Below are positions 36,303-45,405 of a DNA stretch of 52,224 nt, piece after piece. The notes under the pieces are model-generated. The model was not told the DNA's origin and did no database searches. It worked only from the letters and a program-made list of their open reading frames with translations. The DNA is taken from assembly GCA_020052955.1 (NCBI GenBank), contig JAGVOB010000137.1, positions 1 to 52,224 of the forward strand, in the 5' to 3' direction. Numbering within the stretch: position 1 is the stretch's first letter; each line of letters starts with the position of its first letter. The stretch is from Candidatus Omnitrophota bacterium (GTDB lineage Bacteria; Omnitrophota; Gorgyraeia; VGKN01). The translations under genes and the position numbers were made by a program.

Positions 36303-36581
36303 ATGAGGACAATAAAAATGTTTGTGGAAAGCCCGAATGGACACGACACGATAGAAGTGCCTGAAAACAAAGTCCAAGAGGAAGTGGAAAAGCAACTGAA
36401 AGACGATAAATGGGTTACGATAGAAAATGAGCAAGGCACAGAACTCCTGACAGAAAAGGACATTCCCGCTACCAAGACAATAAATGAAACAGGAGTGGAG
36501 AAAACCGACGAGGAAAAGTGGGCGGAGAAATTTGAAAATGTCAAAAGCGTAACAGCAACGAACAAGGTGAAGGGTGGATAA
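36303..36581 (+). CDS. Ubiquitin-like protein ending in an exposed C-terminal Gly-Gly
   Basis: 92 aa ending ...TATNKVKGG-stop. It starts 1 nt after the E1 stop. Confidence 0.6.
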   Translation: MRTIKMFVESPNGHDTIEVPENKVQEEVEKQLKDDKWVTIENEQGTELLTEKDIPATKTINETGVEKTDEEKWAEKFENVKSVTATNKVKGG

Positions 36582-36582
36582 A

Positions 36583-36852
36583 ATGAAACTTACCGAACTG
36601 ATAAAGGAACTGCACGATAAGAAAACAGGGGTTTTCATTAATGGTATGGGTTTGGGGAAAATTACCGAGATAGAAAGCGATTTCATCAGTTTTGAAGTCG
36701 TCAGAAAAGAGGAAAACAAGAAGGGAACAACGCTGAAAAAAGAACTAACGCACATTCCTATTGACAAGATAGAAACCATCTCGGAAGGGGAAAAGGAACT
36801 GCCAAAGAGCAACGAAGACGCAAAGATAGAGGACGCACTCGGGGGGATATAA
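36583..36852 (+). CDS. Small protein ending ...ALGGI (possible second Ubl-like or adaptor)
   Basis: The ATG at 36583 lies 1 nt after the Ubl stop (the track's GTG start at 36574 is rejected). The C-terminus is LGGI-stop. Confidence 0.4.
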   Translation: MKLTELIKELHDKKTGVFINGMGLGKITEIESDFISFEVVRKEENKKGTTLKKELTHIPIDKIETISEGEKELPKSNEDAKIEDALGGI

Positions 36853-38073
36853 ATGCTAACCAAAGACGAGGAACAACAACTAACCAAACTTGTTATCAAG
36901 GCAAAAGAAAAATGCAAAAACGAGTATGGCGTAGAAATCAAAAAACCAATTCAGATAGATACAAGCAAATCATTTGAGCAAAATAAAGTGTTAATCGTTC
37001 AGGCAATCAAAGATGAAAAAGATTTGCAGTTAAAAGACAAGCCAAAGACGACACCTTCGGCAATTTCGGAACGCAAGAAGCAATCGGCGTTGGAACAGGC
37101 AAAAAAGAACGAGGAGTTACAGCGTATGAAGGCAGAGGAACAAAAACTTGTTGCCGAATGGAAAGCCACGCCACCCCAAGATGTCCAAATACCTGAATTT
37201 GAAACCGCCAAGCATTTAATCCTTGCTACTGCGAAAGGGGACGGCAACGCTACTCTCATTACAGGCGAGGGCGGAATAGGTAAGACATTCTTGGCTATCA
37301 ACACCATCAAGGCGGTTACGAAGGATTTTGAGTTCTTTAATGGATACACTACGCCTCTTTCCTTCTATAAATTCCTCTACGGACACAGGGACAAGCTAAT
37401 TCTTCTTGATGATGTGGAAGGAATATTTAATGACGAGAAGGGAATGGCTTTGTTGAAAGGGGCTTTATGGGACGCTGATGGAAAGAGAATAATCAACTAT
37501 GCCTCAACCAGCGACAAGGCAGAAGGATTACCGAGTATGTTTGAGTTTAAAGGCAAATTAATAATGCTCTGCAACAAAGTCCCCAGAGAAAACGATATTA
37601 GTGTAAGTGCTATGATAAGCAGAACTATCAGTTACGAACTTTCATTTAGCCATTTGCAGAAAAAGAGGATAATGTATGAAATCCTTGATAAAAAACAAGG
37701 GCTTACAGATGAACAGAAAATATTGGCAAAGCAACTGATAGACAAACACACGAACCTTATCACCAAACACTTTAATTTCAGAACCCTTGAAAGATTACTC
37801 GTATTTATCCGCTATAATTCTGTTCTTGCAGAACAGCTATTTACATCAACCATCAAGCAAGACGAGGACGAAACGATAGTGTGGGAACTAATGAACTCGC
37901 AGAAAGGGATTAGCGAACAAATAGCTGTTTTTCACCAACTGACAGGCAAGTGTCGCAGGACATTCTACAACATTAAGAGAGGATTGCAGAAGCAAATGGA
38001 AGCAGACAGGAAAAGTGCAAAAGTGCAACCAAAGGAAGATGTTGCACTTGCACAAAATGAGGGTGGGCAGTAA
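36853..38073 (+). CDS. P-loop (AAA-like) ATPase
   Basis: Walker A LITGEGGIGKTFLA; Walker B KLILLDDVEG. The N-terminal ~120 aa are charged and coiled. Confidence 0.7.
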   Translation: MLTKDEEQQLTKLVIKAKEKCKNEYGVEIKKPIQIDTSKSFEQNKVLIVQAIKDEKDLQLKDKPKTTPSAISERKKQSALEQAKKNEELQRMKAEEQKLVAEWKATPPQDVQIPEFETAKHLILATAKGDGNATLITGEGGIGKTFLAINTIKAVTKDFEFFNGYTTPLSFYKFLYGHRDKLILLDDVEGIFNDEKGMALLKGALWDADGKRIINYASTSDKAEGLPSMFEFKGKLIMLCNKVPRENDISVSAMISRTISYELSFSHLQKKRIMYEILDKKQGLTDEQKILAKQLIDKHTNLITKHFNFRTLERLLVFIRYNSVLAEQLFTSTIKQDEDETIVWELMNSQKGISEQIAVFHQLTGKCRRTFYNIKRGLQKQMEADRKSAKVQPKEDVALAQNEGGQ

Positions 38074-38120
38074 CAATAACAGCAAACAACACCAATTTGT
38101 TCTAAAAAGCCGACGAAAAG

Positions 38121-38693
38121 TTAAATCCGCCCTAATGCGAAGCGAATATTTCTGATTACTGCCAGATGAGTTTCAATAACGCTTTCGTAATTAGCCGCCA
38201 ACTCCAGAGCAGTTCGTGAGTTGACGCCATCAGGCAGGTTTCTTGAGAACCGAGCCAGATACTGCTCCATAAGTGCTACCCTGTCGTCAAATGACAGGAA
38301 ATTGCAGTAATAACGGAGTTGGGCTTCGATATAAAACCGCTCATCTTCCTTCTTGAATGCTTCAGCAAGCAGATTGAGAATAGTAATAATTCCGCCTCTT
38401 AACCCCGTCACGGCTATTTGATATGCCCCTTGAACTCCCCCCAAACTCTGAAAGGCAGAATCTAATATCCTCATCCCTTCGCTGTTAGCAGCATACGAAG
38501 GTATGTCCCCCATCCCTGTCGACCTTCTATGGTAAATCACATAGTCCTCAACCAAACGCATAAATACGGGATATGAAGAAACGGTCAAAGAGGATACTTT
38601 ATACCGTTCCCTTGCCAGGTCGTGTCTTTGCGTAACATTTTCCGTAATGGTTTGTTCGTCCAAAGCCATTAAAAGACCCTGTAAATCAGCCAT
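38121..38693 (-). CDS. Hypothetical helical protein, last gene of the eight-gene operon
   Basis: 190-aa ORF, 14 nt downstream of the 804-aa ATPase. Confidence 0.45.
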   Translation of the reverse strand: MADLQGLLMALDEQTITENVTQRHDLARERYKVSSLTVSSYPVFMRLVEDYVIYHRRSTGMGDIPSYAANSEGMRILDSAFQSLGGVQGAYQIAVTGLRGGIITILNLLAEAFKKEDERFYIEAQLRYYCNFLSFDDRVALMEQYLARFSRNLPDGVNSRTALELAANYESVIETHLAVIRNIRFALGRI

Positions 38694-38707
38694 ATCAATC
38701 TCCTTTC

Positions 38708-41122
38708 TTATACTTCGTCGTATTTTATTCCATTCATCTTTATCTTATGAATAGATGACTTTCTTAATTTAAGTTTTTCAGCAGGCACATAATAGAGTTT
38801 CCGAGAACGCTCGCGGATGGCTTTCTCAATTTGCGGATCCGGTGACGGCGGAGGGTATATGGTGCGGAAACTAAAGGCGCGATTCTCAAAAAGCGCGAAA
38901 GCCTCACCGACATCCTGTTGCAAGAAGGCGTCCGGCTCAATTGACTTGCCGAACTCATTATATACTGATTGGACATCCTGCCAGGCTATTCCAAAAGTAA
39001 TCAGAGATCCCATATTGCTTAACGCAGCGGTTACGCCCGGGTGCATTTGGTCAAATTGCTGGAAACTGAGGGTAAGACGTATTTTAAACTTCCTTAATTC
39101 TCTAATGGAATCCTCAAGCGAGGCATTGGCATACCGCGCCATTTCGTCAATGTAAACATAAACCTCTCTGCGTTGATCGGGCGGTTGTGAGATTCTTGCC
39201 AGACCAAGATGGTATATCTGGCTCAAAAATATTGAGCCGAAAACATTTACGCAATCACCTCCGACAAGACCAGCCGGGGCGTAAATCAGGATGATGGAAG
39301 GTTTCCTGTTAAGATGTTCCTCGAGTTTAAATTTGCCTTTAACTTGGCTGAACATCCGGCCAAGCACCCGATGACCGAGCAAACGGTCCAGTTTGGCCAT
39401 AACACGGTCAATTGAGTCCTTAGCCAGAGACGGGAACTCATCAATCCAGAATTTTTCAGTTTCTGTGCCCTGAAGATATTCAAGGGCTGTTTCACGCAAC
39501 GCTTCTCCCTTAAGGGTTTTTGAAAGTAATGTCTTGCCGGATGCCAGAGTTAAGCCTGGAACAGATAAAACCGTCTGAATATCGAAGCGTAGCACCCGCT
39601 CTATGGAAGAACCCCAGCTCTTGGGGTCAAAGAGCCGCTTGATGCTCAGTAGCATTTCATCGGTCAGGGCGTCAAAACGGTTTCGCGGATTTTCATTAAC
39701 CGGATTATAGCTGAAAATATGAGTTTCATCTGTCAGGTCAATCAGCACCGTATCATTAATTCTTGACTTAGGAATTCGGGGAAGCAGGTCATTAGTTAAG
39801 TCGCCGTGCGGTTCAATGACTATTACAGTGTGGCCTGCCGCAATGTCCGAGAGAATCATACTCAGTAGGAGATGGGATTTCCCTTTCCCGGTTTTTCCGA
39901 AAATAACCACGGGTAACTCTCTAACCCTTGTTGGTAAGATTAACGACTTATCAATGCTATTAATTCCGATCACAACCCCTGATTCTTTCGAATGCTGAAC
40001 CGGGAGGCTCCCACGATAGATTTCGCAGTGAAACAAAGGTGATTTTAAGGTCTCCGGGTCGGGAAAGTGAGAAAAGCCGGATAGTTCTTTTGAACATACT
40101 ATCATACCGGCCCGATAACACAATGACTCGATAAGCATCTCTTTTACGAGTTCCGCGTTTTTAAGTACATTTAGAAAGGCTTGTTTTGACAGGCTGACCA
40201 GAGGATATCCCCCAGCCATAAAGGGCTGAAGCGCTATTCCGAGACTGTTAAGAGCCGATGATAGACGAGATCCGGTTTTTACTTCAACTCCTATTCTTAT
40301 AATACAGGCAAACAGAGGTTGGTCAGGATTGGTTTTAAGACTATCGTTATGAAAAGGTATTGTTTCTTTTTCAGGAATGCCCACCGTCCTTATCGCCTTT
40401 ACCATAGTCCTGATGTGCTGAATATTGGCTTTCCAATCATTCCTAACGGGCTGGAAAATGACCTGATAAAATCCTTGTTCTCCTTTCTCAATCTGGGATA
40501 GAGCGGTATAGACAGGAATCAGAAGCGAACGGTCTTTAGATGAGAAAACAGTAAAGTCACTCCAATATGGGCTATTTGGGTAATATTCGCGGAAATCCCA
40601 GTGCTGACCAGAAAACCACGGAACTTCGCCTTTGACGTTTGTTTTTATCTCCAATGGATTACCAGAGTGTCTTTGAAGCCATGCAGAAGGAAAATGTGAT
40701 TTCAGGACCGTCGTAATAACTTCCGACAATTCTTTATCATAGGTAAGGGAATGTGTGATACACTGGGAATTCCCCTGGATGGTTAAGATAATGGGACTTT
40801 TTATTCCGGAGAGGCTCTTAATCACGCCTTCAAAACTTGACCAGTGGGGTTGCTGTTCCGGCTTGAACCATATTTGAACGGTCTCAGGCGAACAATTAAC
40901 CACCGCAGGAACTATGGTATTAGGAGTCATCTTAATTGTTGGCTCTAAGAAATTCGGCTCGCGAAATGGAGAAAACGCCGGTTCTAACTCGACCGGATAC
41001 GGGTAAATAGTTGGATCACGGCTCTTCACACTTTCTATCATGAGCGCATCTTCTGCGGTTAAGGAAATCCCTTTACTAATCATGTCCTGAATTTTCGGGT
41101 TTAAACGAGACATAATAATCAC
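38708..41122 (-). CDS. FtsK/HerA/TraD-superfamily P-loop ATPase with a ~380-aa unknown N-terminal region
   Basis: Walker A VIFGKTGKGKSHLLLS; Walker B VYVYIDEMARY. There is a 4-nt overlap with the upstream wHTH gene. Confidence 0.7.
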   Translation of the reverse strand: MIIMSRLNPKIQDMISKGISLTAEDALMIESVKSRDPTIYPYPVELEPAFSPFREPNFLEPTIKMTPNTIVPAVVNCSPETVQIWFKPEQQPHWSSFEGVIKSLSGIKSPIILTIQGNSQCITHSLTYDKELSEVITTVLKSHFPSAWLQRHSGNPLEIKTNVKGEVPWFSGQHWDFREYYPNSPYWSDFTVFSSKDRSLLIPVYTALSQIEKGEQGFYQVIFQPVRNDWKANIQHIRTMVKAIRTVGIPEKETIPFHNDSLKTNPDQPLFACIIRIGVEVKTGSRLSSALNSLGIALQPFMAGGYPLVSLSKQAFLNVLKNAELVKEMLIESLCYRAGMIVCSKELSGFSHFPDPETLKSPLFHCEIYRGSLPVQHSKESGVVIGINSIDKSLILPTRVRELPVVIFGKTGKGKSHLLLSMILSDIAAGHTVIVIEPHGDLTNDLLPRIPKSRINDTVLIDLTDETHIFSYNPVNENPRNRFDALTDEMLLSIKRLFDPKSWGSSIERVLRFDIQTVLSVPGLTLASGKTLLSKTLKGEALRETALEYLQGTETEKFWIDEFPSLAKDSIDRVMAKLDRLLGHRVLGRMFSQVKGKFKLEEHLNRKPSIILIYAPAGLVGGDCVNVFGSIFLSQIYHLGLARISQPPDQRREVYVYIDEMARYANASLEDSIRELRKFKIRLTLSFQQFDQMHPGVTAALSNMGSLITFGIAWQDVQSVYNEFGKSIEPDAFLQQDVGEAFALFENRAFSFRTIYPPPSPDPQIEKAIRERSRKLYYVPAEKLKLRKSSIHKIKMNGIKYDEV

Positions 41123-41985
41123 TCCTTTTTTTCATCTGTCTTAACAATAGCCCGATATTCTTCAGTTCCGGCCACCGTCCAGATAGGGGTCAGGATGGTT
41201 GAAGGATTAATCCTATCAAAAGTCGTTAACCAGAACATCGTTCCGAATTCTTTACATAATAATAACAGGTGTCTTAACCTGGTTTGTCCAGAGGTTACGA
41301 TCAATGTGCGGAAGCCATTGAAAGAAAAATCAAATTCCTTAGAATAACGCTGAAATCTTCCCCTCGCATAACCCGTATAAGCCAAAAGTTTGTTTTTGAG
41401 AGAGATTACGGACTCAGTGCCATTGTCTATCTCAAGAAAAAACAGCGCCTTCCGACCTGATGCGGGGTTTTTTATGGCAAAGACGGCGTCCGGAATAAAA
41501 CTAACTTCCCGGTAAGGAGAAACCGGTAAGGCCACACGATCGCTGATATATTTTTCATTGGCTTTAAGAATCTTATGGCGGCCTCTTCCGTATTCCGGGA
41601 TACACTCGAAGGAATATTTCTGTCCTAACCCGCAGATTAACGCAATGATAAAATCATTGATTTTGAAAAGGTGTCCAATTTTTACCGGATTACTGGGCGG
41701 GCGCATGATTAGTGGTTGTTCCTGAGGCAGCTGTAATAATGCCCTGATTTCTAGAGCCCGTTTCGGGTTGGGGTAATAGACTCTTTCTAACCTGCCCGCT
41801 TGTCCTATTATTGGTGGAGAAGAAAACCAGCTCAAATACCCCTGTCTAACCTTATTTCTCAACCATCGCTGGCAGGTTTTGCTGTTTTCAAACCCAAGTT
41901 CCTTAATTTGGGACGTAGTTAAAAACTTGTATTCAGCAAGGACACGCATGATTTTTACAAGACGTTCAGAAGTTTGCACGTTCAT
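41119..41985 (-). CDS. Replication-relaxation (Replic_Relax-like) winged-helix protein
   Basis: N-terminus ERLVKIMRVLAEYKFLTTSQIKELGFENSKTCQRWLRNKVRQGYL is typical of the family as I recall it. Pairing with an FtsK/TraD-like ATPase is also typical. Confidence 0.6.
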   Translation of the reverse strand: MNVQTSERLVKIMRVLAEYKFLTTSQIKELGFENSKTCQRWLRNKVRQGYLSWFSSPPIIGQAGRLERVYYPNPKRALEIRALLQLPQEQPLIMRPPSNPVKIGHLFKINDFIIALICGLGQKYSFECIPEYGRGRHKILKANEKYISDRVALPVSPYREVSFIPDAVFAIKNPASGRKALFFLEIDNGTESVISLKNKLLAYTGYARGRFQRYSKEFDFSFNGFRTLIVTSGQTRLRHLLLLCKEFGTMFWLTTFDRINPSTILTPIWTVAGTEEYRAIVKTDEKKE

Positions 41986-41990
41986 AAGTA

Positions 41991-43646
41991 TTAGTCCTCT
42001 CCTTCCGTCGAGTTATCTTGAGGAAGAATGCCCAAACACCTAAGGTCATCTAGATAATTTCCAGAACGTCCTGTCTCTAATATAACCGGCCCCTGAAACC
42101 CGGTTTGTTCAATGATTTTCAGCAACCGCTGATACGGAATGGAAGCAGAACCCAGTGTGGCATGAGCATCGCTGTAGCCGTCGTTATCTGAAAGATGGAT
42201 CATGCTGACAAGCCCGTCTTGCTGAAGAAGTTTCAGACATTGATTGACGAGCCAGTCATTGAAAAAATCTGTTCTATTTTCAGAACCATCCGTGAGAAAA
42301 GCGTAAAAAAGATTAAGGTGCGCAGGATCTAATGTGGCTTTTAAATGGGTTCGTGCCGATTCTTTAGCTTCTTCCCTGGAATACCCTTCCTTCCTCAGGG
42401 AATATGCCATCTTTTCCCTGGATAAAGAAACCAGTTCGATAACTTCATCGGCCAGCGAGGCATAGCGGGGAGGAAACATATTCTCAATTGATATGACCAG
42501 CGGCCGTCGGCATCCTTTTGAATAATCCAAGGCATATTTGCCGAGTTTGGCAAAAGAATCGCTGGCACGGTCCAGGGCCAGGTCATATACTGTTCTTGCA
42601 TTCTTTAGGACTTCTAAAATGTCGTTAATCTGTCTCCGTTCCATACTTGATGCTTCAACTGATTCAGCCATCTCTCTTTGAGTATTACCTATTTCAACAC
42701 GAAGAATGTTCGGGACCGTGTCGAGCCTGCCTGGAACAGGAATATTCAGTGAGTTAAGACTATCCGATACCAACCTTTCATCTCGCCAGCGGTCAGACGA
42801 TGGCAGGTTTTTTGAGACTTTATCAGAATATTTATATGTTTCACGAAGTCTTTCCAGCCGTTCAGAACCTAATTTGTTAAGACGCTCGCGTTCTCTAATG
42901 CGAAAATAACCCAGGCTCATCCGGGCTAATTGTTGCTGTTGGAATAACTCAAAGGCGATTTTTGCCGCTTTTTTTCTATTGCCCTGACCGGCAATTTGTT
43001 GGCGGTATTCGGAAAAAATTACTCTCTGGACCTGAGGAATTCCCGAGGAGTCCGTGGCCTGTACTGGAATTCGTTCTCCTGTAATTTCACTAATCAGGGG
43101 ATCTCCATCAGGGGTGTTAATCCATAACAAGTTGCCTTGTTCATCTATGGCCTGAATAGGTATTTCAACAGTCTCAGTTTCCCCGATTAGTCCTATCGGA
43201 CGCCCGGTTCTTTGGTCTATGAAATAATGAGACGTTTCAGCTGGCTCAGAACCTGATAGCTGGAACATCCCGTCTGCCAGGTCAAAGAGCGGGCGGTCAT
43301 ATAAATCACTATGAACTGTAACGAGACCTCCCATGCGTAGCTTAGAAGCAAGGCCAACTACCTGGAATGCTCTTCTTAAATCTTCACCTCGTGAGACTTC
43401 AGAGAAAGAGCCTTGTTCCAGCCCGGTGAGATTGACGATGGTAACAGGGAAATGAATTGAAATAAAAACATTAGTCAGTCGGCTGAGCTCAGATAACGTC
43501 TGCATATCTCCAGGGGTTACCGTTTCAGGATTGGAAAGTAAGACCTCGATATACTTGAATCCCGAACTAATTGCCCTGCTGACACTCTGAACTATCTCCG
43601 AACGGCCATCTATGCCAACCGAAATCCCAATTTTAAGCTTAGTCAT
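41991..43646 (-). CDS. Xylose-isomerase-like / AP-endonuclease-2 (EndoIV-like) TIM-barrel protein split by a large insertion
   Basis: N-terminus KIGISVG...GFKYIEVLLSN...ISIHFP and C-terminus MIHLSDNDGYSDAHATLG...PVILETG match the family's ends. The middle is charged and coiled (RERERLNKLGSERLERLRE). Confidence 0.6.
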   Translation of the reverse strand: MTKLKIGISVGIDGRSEIVQSVSRAISSGFKYIEVLLSNPETVTPGDMQTLSELSRLTNVFISIHFPVTIVNLTGLEQGSFSEVSRGEDLRRAFQVVGLASKLRMGGLVTVHSDLYDRPLFDLADGMFQLSGSEPAETSHYFIDQRTGRPIGLIGETETVEIPIQAIDEQGNLLWINTPDGDPLISEITGERIPVQATDSSGIPQVQRVIFSEYRQQIAGQGNRKKAAKIAFELFQQQQLARMSLGYFRIRERERLNKLGSERLERLRETYKYSDKVSKNLPSSDRWRDERLVSDSLNSLNIPVPGRLDTVPNILRVEIGNTQREMAESVEASSMERRQINDILEVLKNARTVYDLALDRASDSFAKLGKYALDYSKGCRRPLVISIENMFPPRYASLADEVIELVSLSREKMAYSLRKEGYSREEAKESARTHLKATLDPAHLNLFYAFLTDGSENRTDFFNDWLVNQCLKLLQQDGLVSMIHLSDNDGYSDAHATLGSASIPYQRLLKIIEQTGFQGPVILETGRSGNYLDDLRCLGILPQDNSTEGED

Positions 43647-43657
43647 ATCGGTACTCC

Positions 43658-45391
43658 TTAACTCAATGATTGCAGTTCTTCGGGGTTTAACCAGCCTTTT
43701 TCCTTAGCCCACTGAATAATTTCTTGAACGGTTTCAGGGGTAACAGATGTTTTTTTTACCTGAATGGCCCGTAATACGTGCTCGGTACTGATTGGAACTC
43801 TCGTATCTTGATGAAAAGAAGTATTAAAGACATTTTCCGCTGCCATATCACAAATACCCTCTATATCGGCACCGCTATAACCTTTGAGGAGAGAAGATAA
43901 CCGTTCGAAATCAAAAACAGGTGCTAAAAGACGGTTTCTCAGATGAATTTTCAAGATCGCTTCGCGTGTTTTTAAATCTGGCAGGCCTACAAATATATGC
44001 CTCCCGAGCCGACCGGGTCGCAGGAAGGCTGAATCTATTAGCCATGGTTTATTCGTCATCCCAATAACTAACATGAACTGATCACCCCCTTCAGGGATCT
44101 TAGTCCTTATCCCATCAAGCTCGGCAAGAAATTGGGAACTAACTCTTAGCATGAAATTCGAGTCTGTGGTATCGCGATTAGGTAGAAGTGATTCAATTTC
44201 ATCTATGCAAATAATACTTCTCTTGAAGGAAGACGCAGTCGCGAATAGTTGTTGGATCTTTTGTTCTGTATCACCGACCCATTTAATAATTAAGTCGCTG
44301 ACGCTTACAGGGAAAAAGAATGAATCTAATTCGCCTGCCATAGCTTTGACGATGTACGTTTTCCCATTACCGGGCGGACCATAAAATAAAGCGCCTAATT
44401 TACCGCTGAGCCCATATGCCTGAGCTAGTTCCGATTTTTTGAGAGGTTGGATTATTCGTTGAGTAATAAAACTTTTGGCATCTTCAAGACCGCCGACGTC
44501 CGTAAACTTAATGGTCGGTTTTTCTTTTATAATCATCCCAGAATTTTTAGCTTTCAATGAATCTATATCGGCCATAGATTTTCGGATTTCTTCTATATTC
44601 ATGCCCGTCCCTTTCCCAAGATACTTGGTGAGAATGCCTTTGATCTCGTGGTATGATAAACCCAATGACTCTTTTGCTAATGCTTCGATGGAACTCCCTT
44701 CAAAAGTCCTCGGGTAAATTGTGCTTAGGTAAAGATATAATGTTTCCAGTCCCTCTTTATCAGGCATTCCCCACGTGATAACCTTGATTTGGCGGTCCAG
44801 AACTAGTTGAAAAGAAGGATGGATATCCTCCAGATTATCAGTTAAAAAAAGAATGAAATGGAGTGTGTTGGGGACATCGTCAAGCCATTTTTTTATGATA
44901 TCTACAAGCGTTAGGTCAACGCCTGATTTGGGCAGAAGTATATCTATCCGTGAAACGATAAGGGCTACTTTAAGTTTTGTTTTAGTGAGAAACCGCGATA
45001 TTACCCTACCGCACTCAACTGTATTATTCGGAATTTGGAAAAGCCTGTTACCTTGGACTTCTGCTCCTAAAATGCTATATTCGTCCTGCGGATTAACTGG
45101 GGAAGTACTGGCATTAAAAAAGGACTTGAATTCTCGCTCCATTTCTAGCGAGGGAAACTGAATATTTCCTGAGAGAGAAAAAATAATGATTAGGTCATAA
45201 CCAGCTAATTCTAAACATTTACAGAGAATCTCTTCTGCATTCGACCACTTGAAACAGAAAATGCCTTCTTCTAAATAAGGAAAAGACCCTTGTCCCGCTA
45301 CATTAACTAGCACACAGTTTGCGCTCTGTTGCTCTCGCAAGTTATTAATCTCACGCCAGATTTTTGAGCCCTCATAACGAGTTGGTTCCAT
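43658..45391 (-). CDS. Classic-clade AAA+ ATPase (Cdc48/FtsH-like single AAA module) with a ~290-aa N-domain
   Basis: Walker A FYGPPGNGKTYIV; Walker B IICIDEIESL; second region of homology RPGRLGRHIFVGLPD. Confidence 0.85.
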   Translation of the reverse strand: MEPTRYEGSKIWREINNLREQQSANCVLVNVAGQGSFPYLEEGIFCFKWSNAEEILCKCLELAGYDLIIIFSLSGNIQFPSLEMEREFKSFFNASTSPVNPQDEYSILGAEVQGNRLFQIPNNTVECGRVISRFLTKTKLKVALIVSRIDILLPKSGVDLTLVDIIKKWLDDVPNTLHFILFLTDNLEDIHPSFQLVLDRQIKVITWGMPDKEGLETLYLYLSTIYPRTFEGSSIEALAKESLGLSYHEIKGILTKYLGKGTGMNIEEIRKSMADIDSLKAKNSGMIIKEKPTIKFTDVGGLEDAKSFITQRIIQPLKKSELAQAYGLSGKLGALFYGPPGNGKTYIVKAMAGELDSFFFPVSVSDLIIKWVGDTEQKIQQLFATASSFKRSIICIDEIESLLPNRDTTDSNFMLRVSSQFLAELDGIRTKIPEGGDQFMLVIGMTNKPWLIDSAFLRPGRLGRHIFVGLPDLKTREAILKIHLRNRLLAPVFDFERLSSLLKGYSGADIEGICDMAAENVFNTSFHQDTRVPISTEHVLRAIQVKKTSVTPETVQEIIQWAKEKGWLNPEELQSLS

Positions 45392-45405
45392 TTATAAACC
45401 CTCCT

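Noticed and set aside
36248-36941. Minus-strand ORFs of 105 and 229 aa (S/F/L-rich)
   Set aside because: They lie antisense to the translationally coupled Ubl, 89-aa and ATPase genes, and their low-complexity composition is typical of shadow frames.
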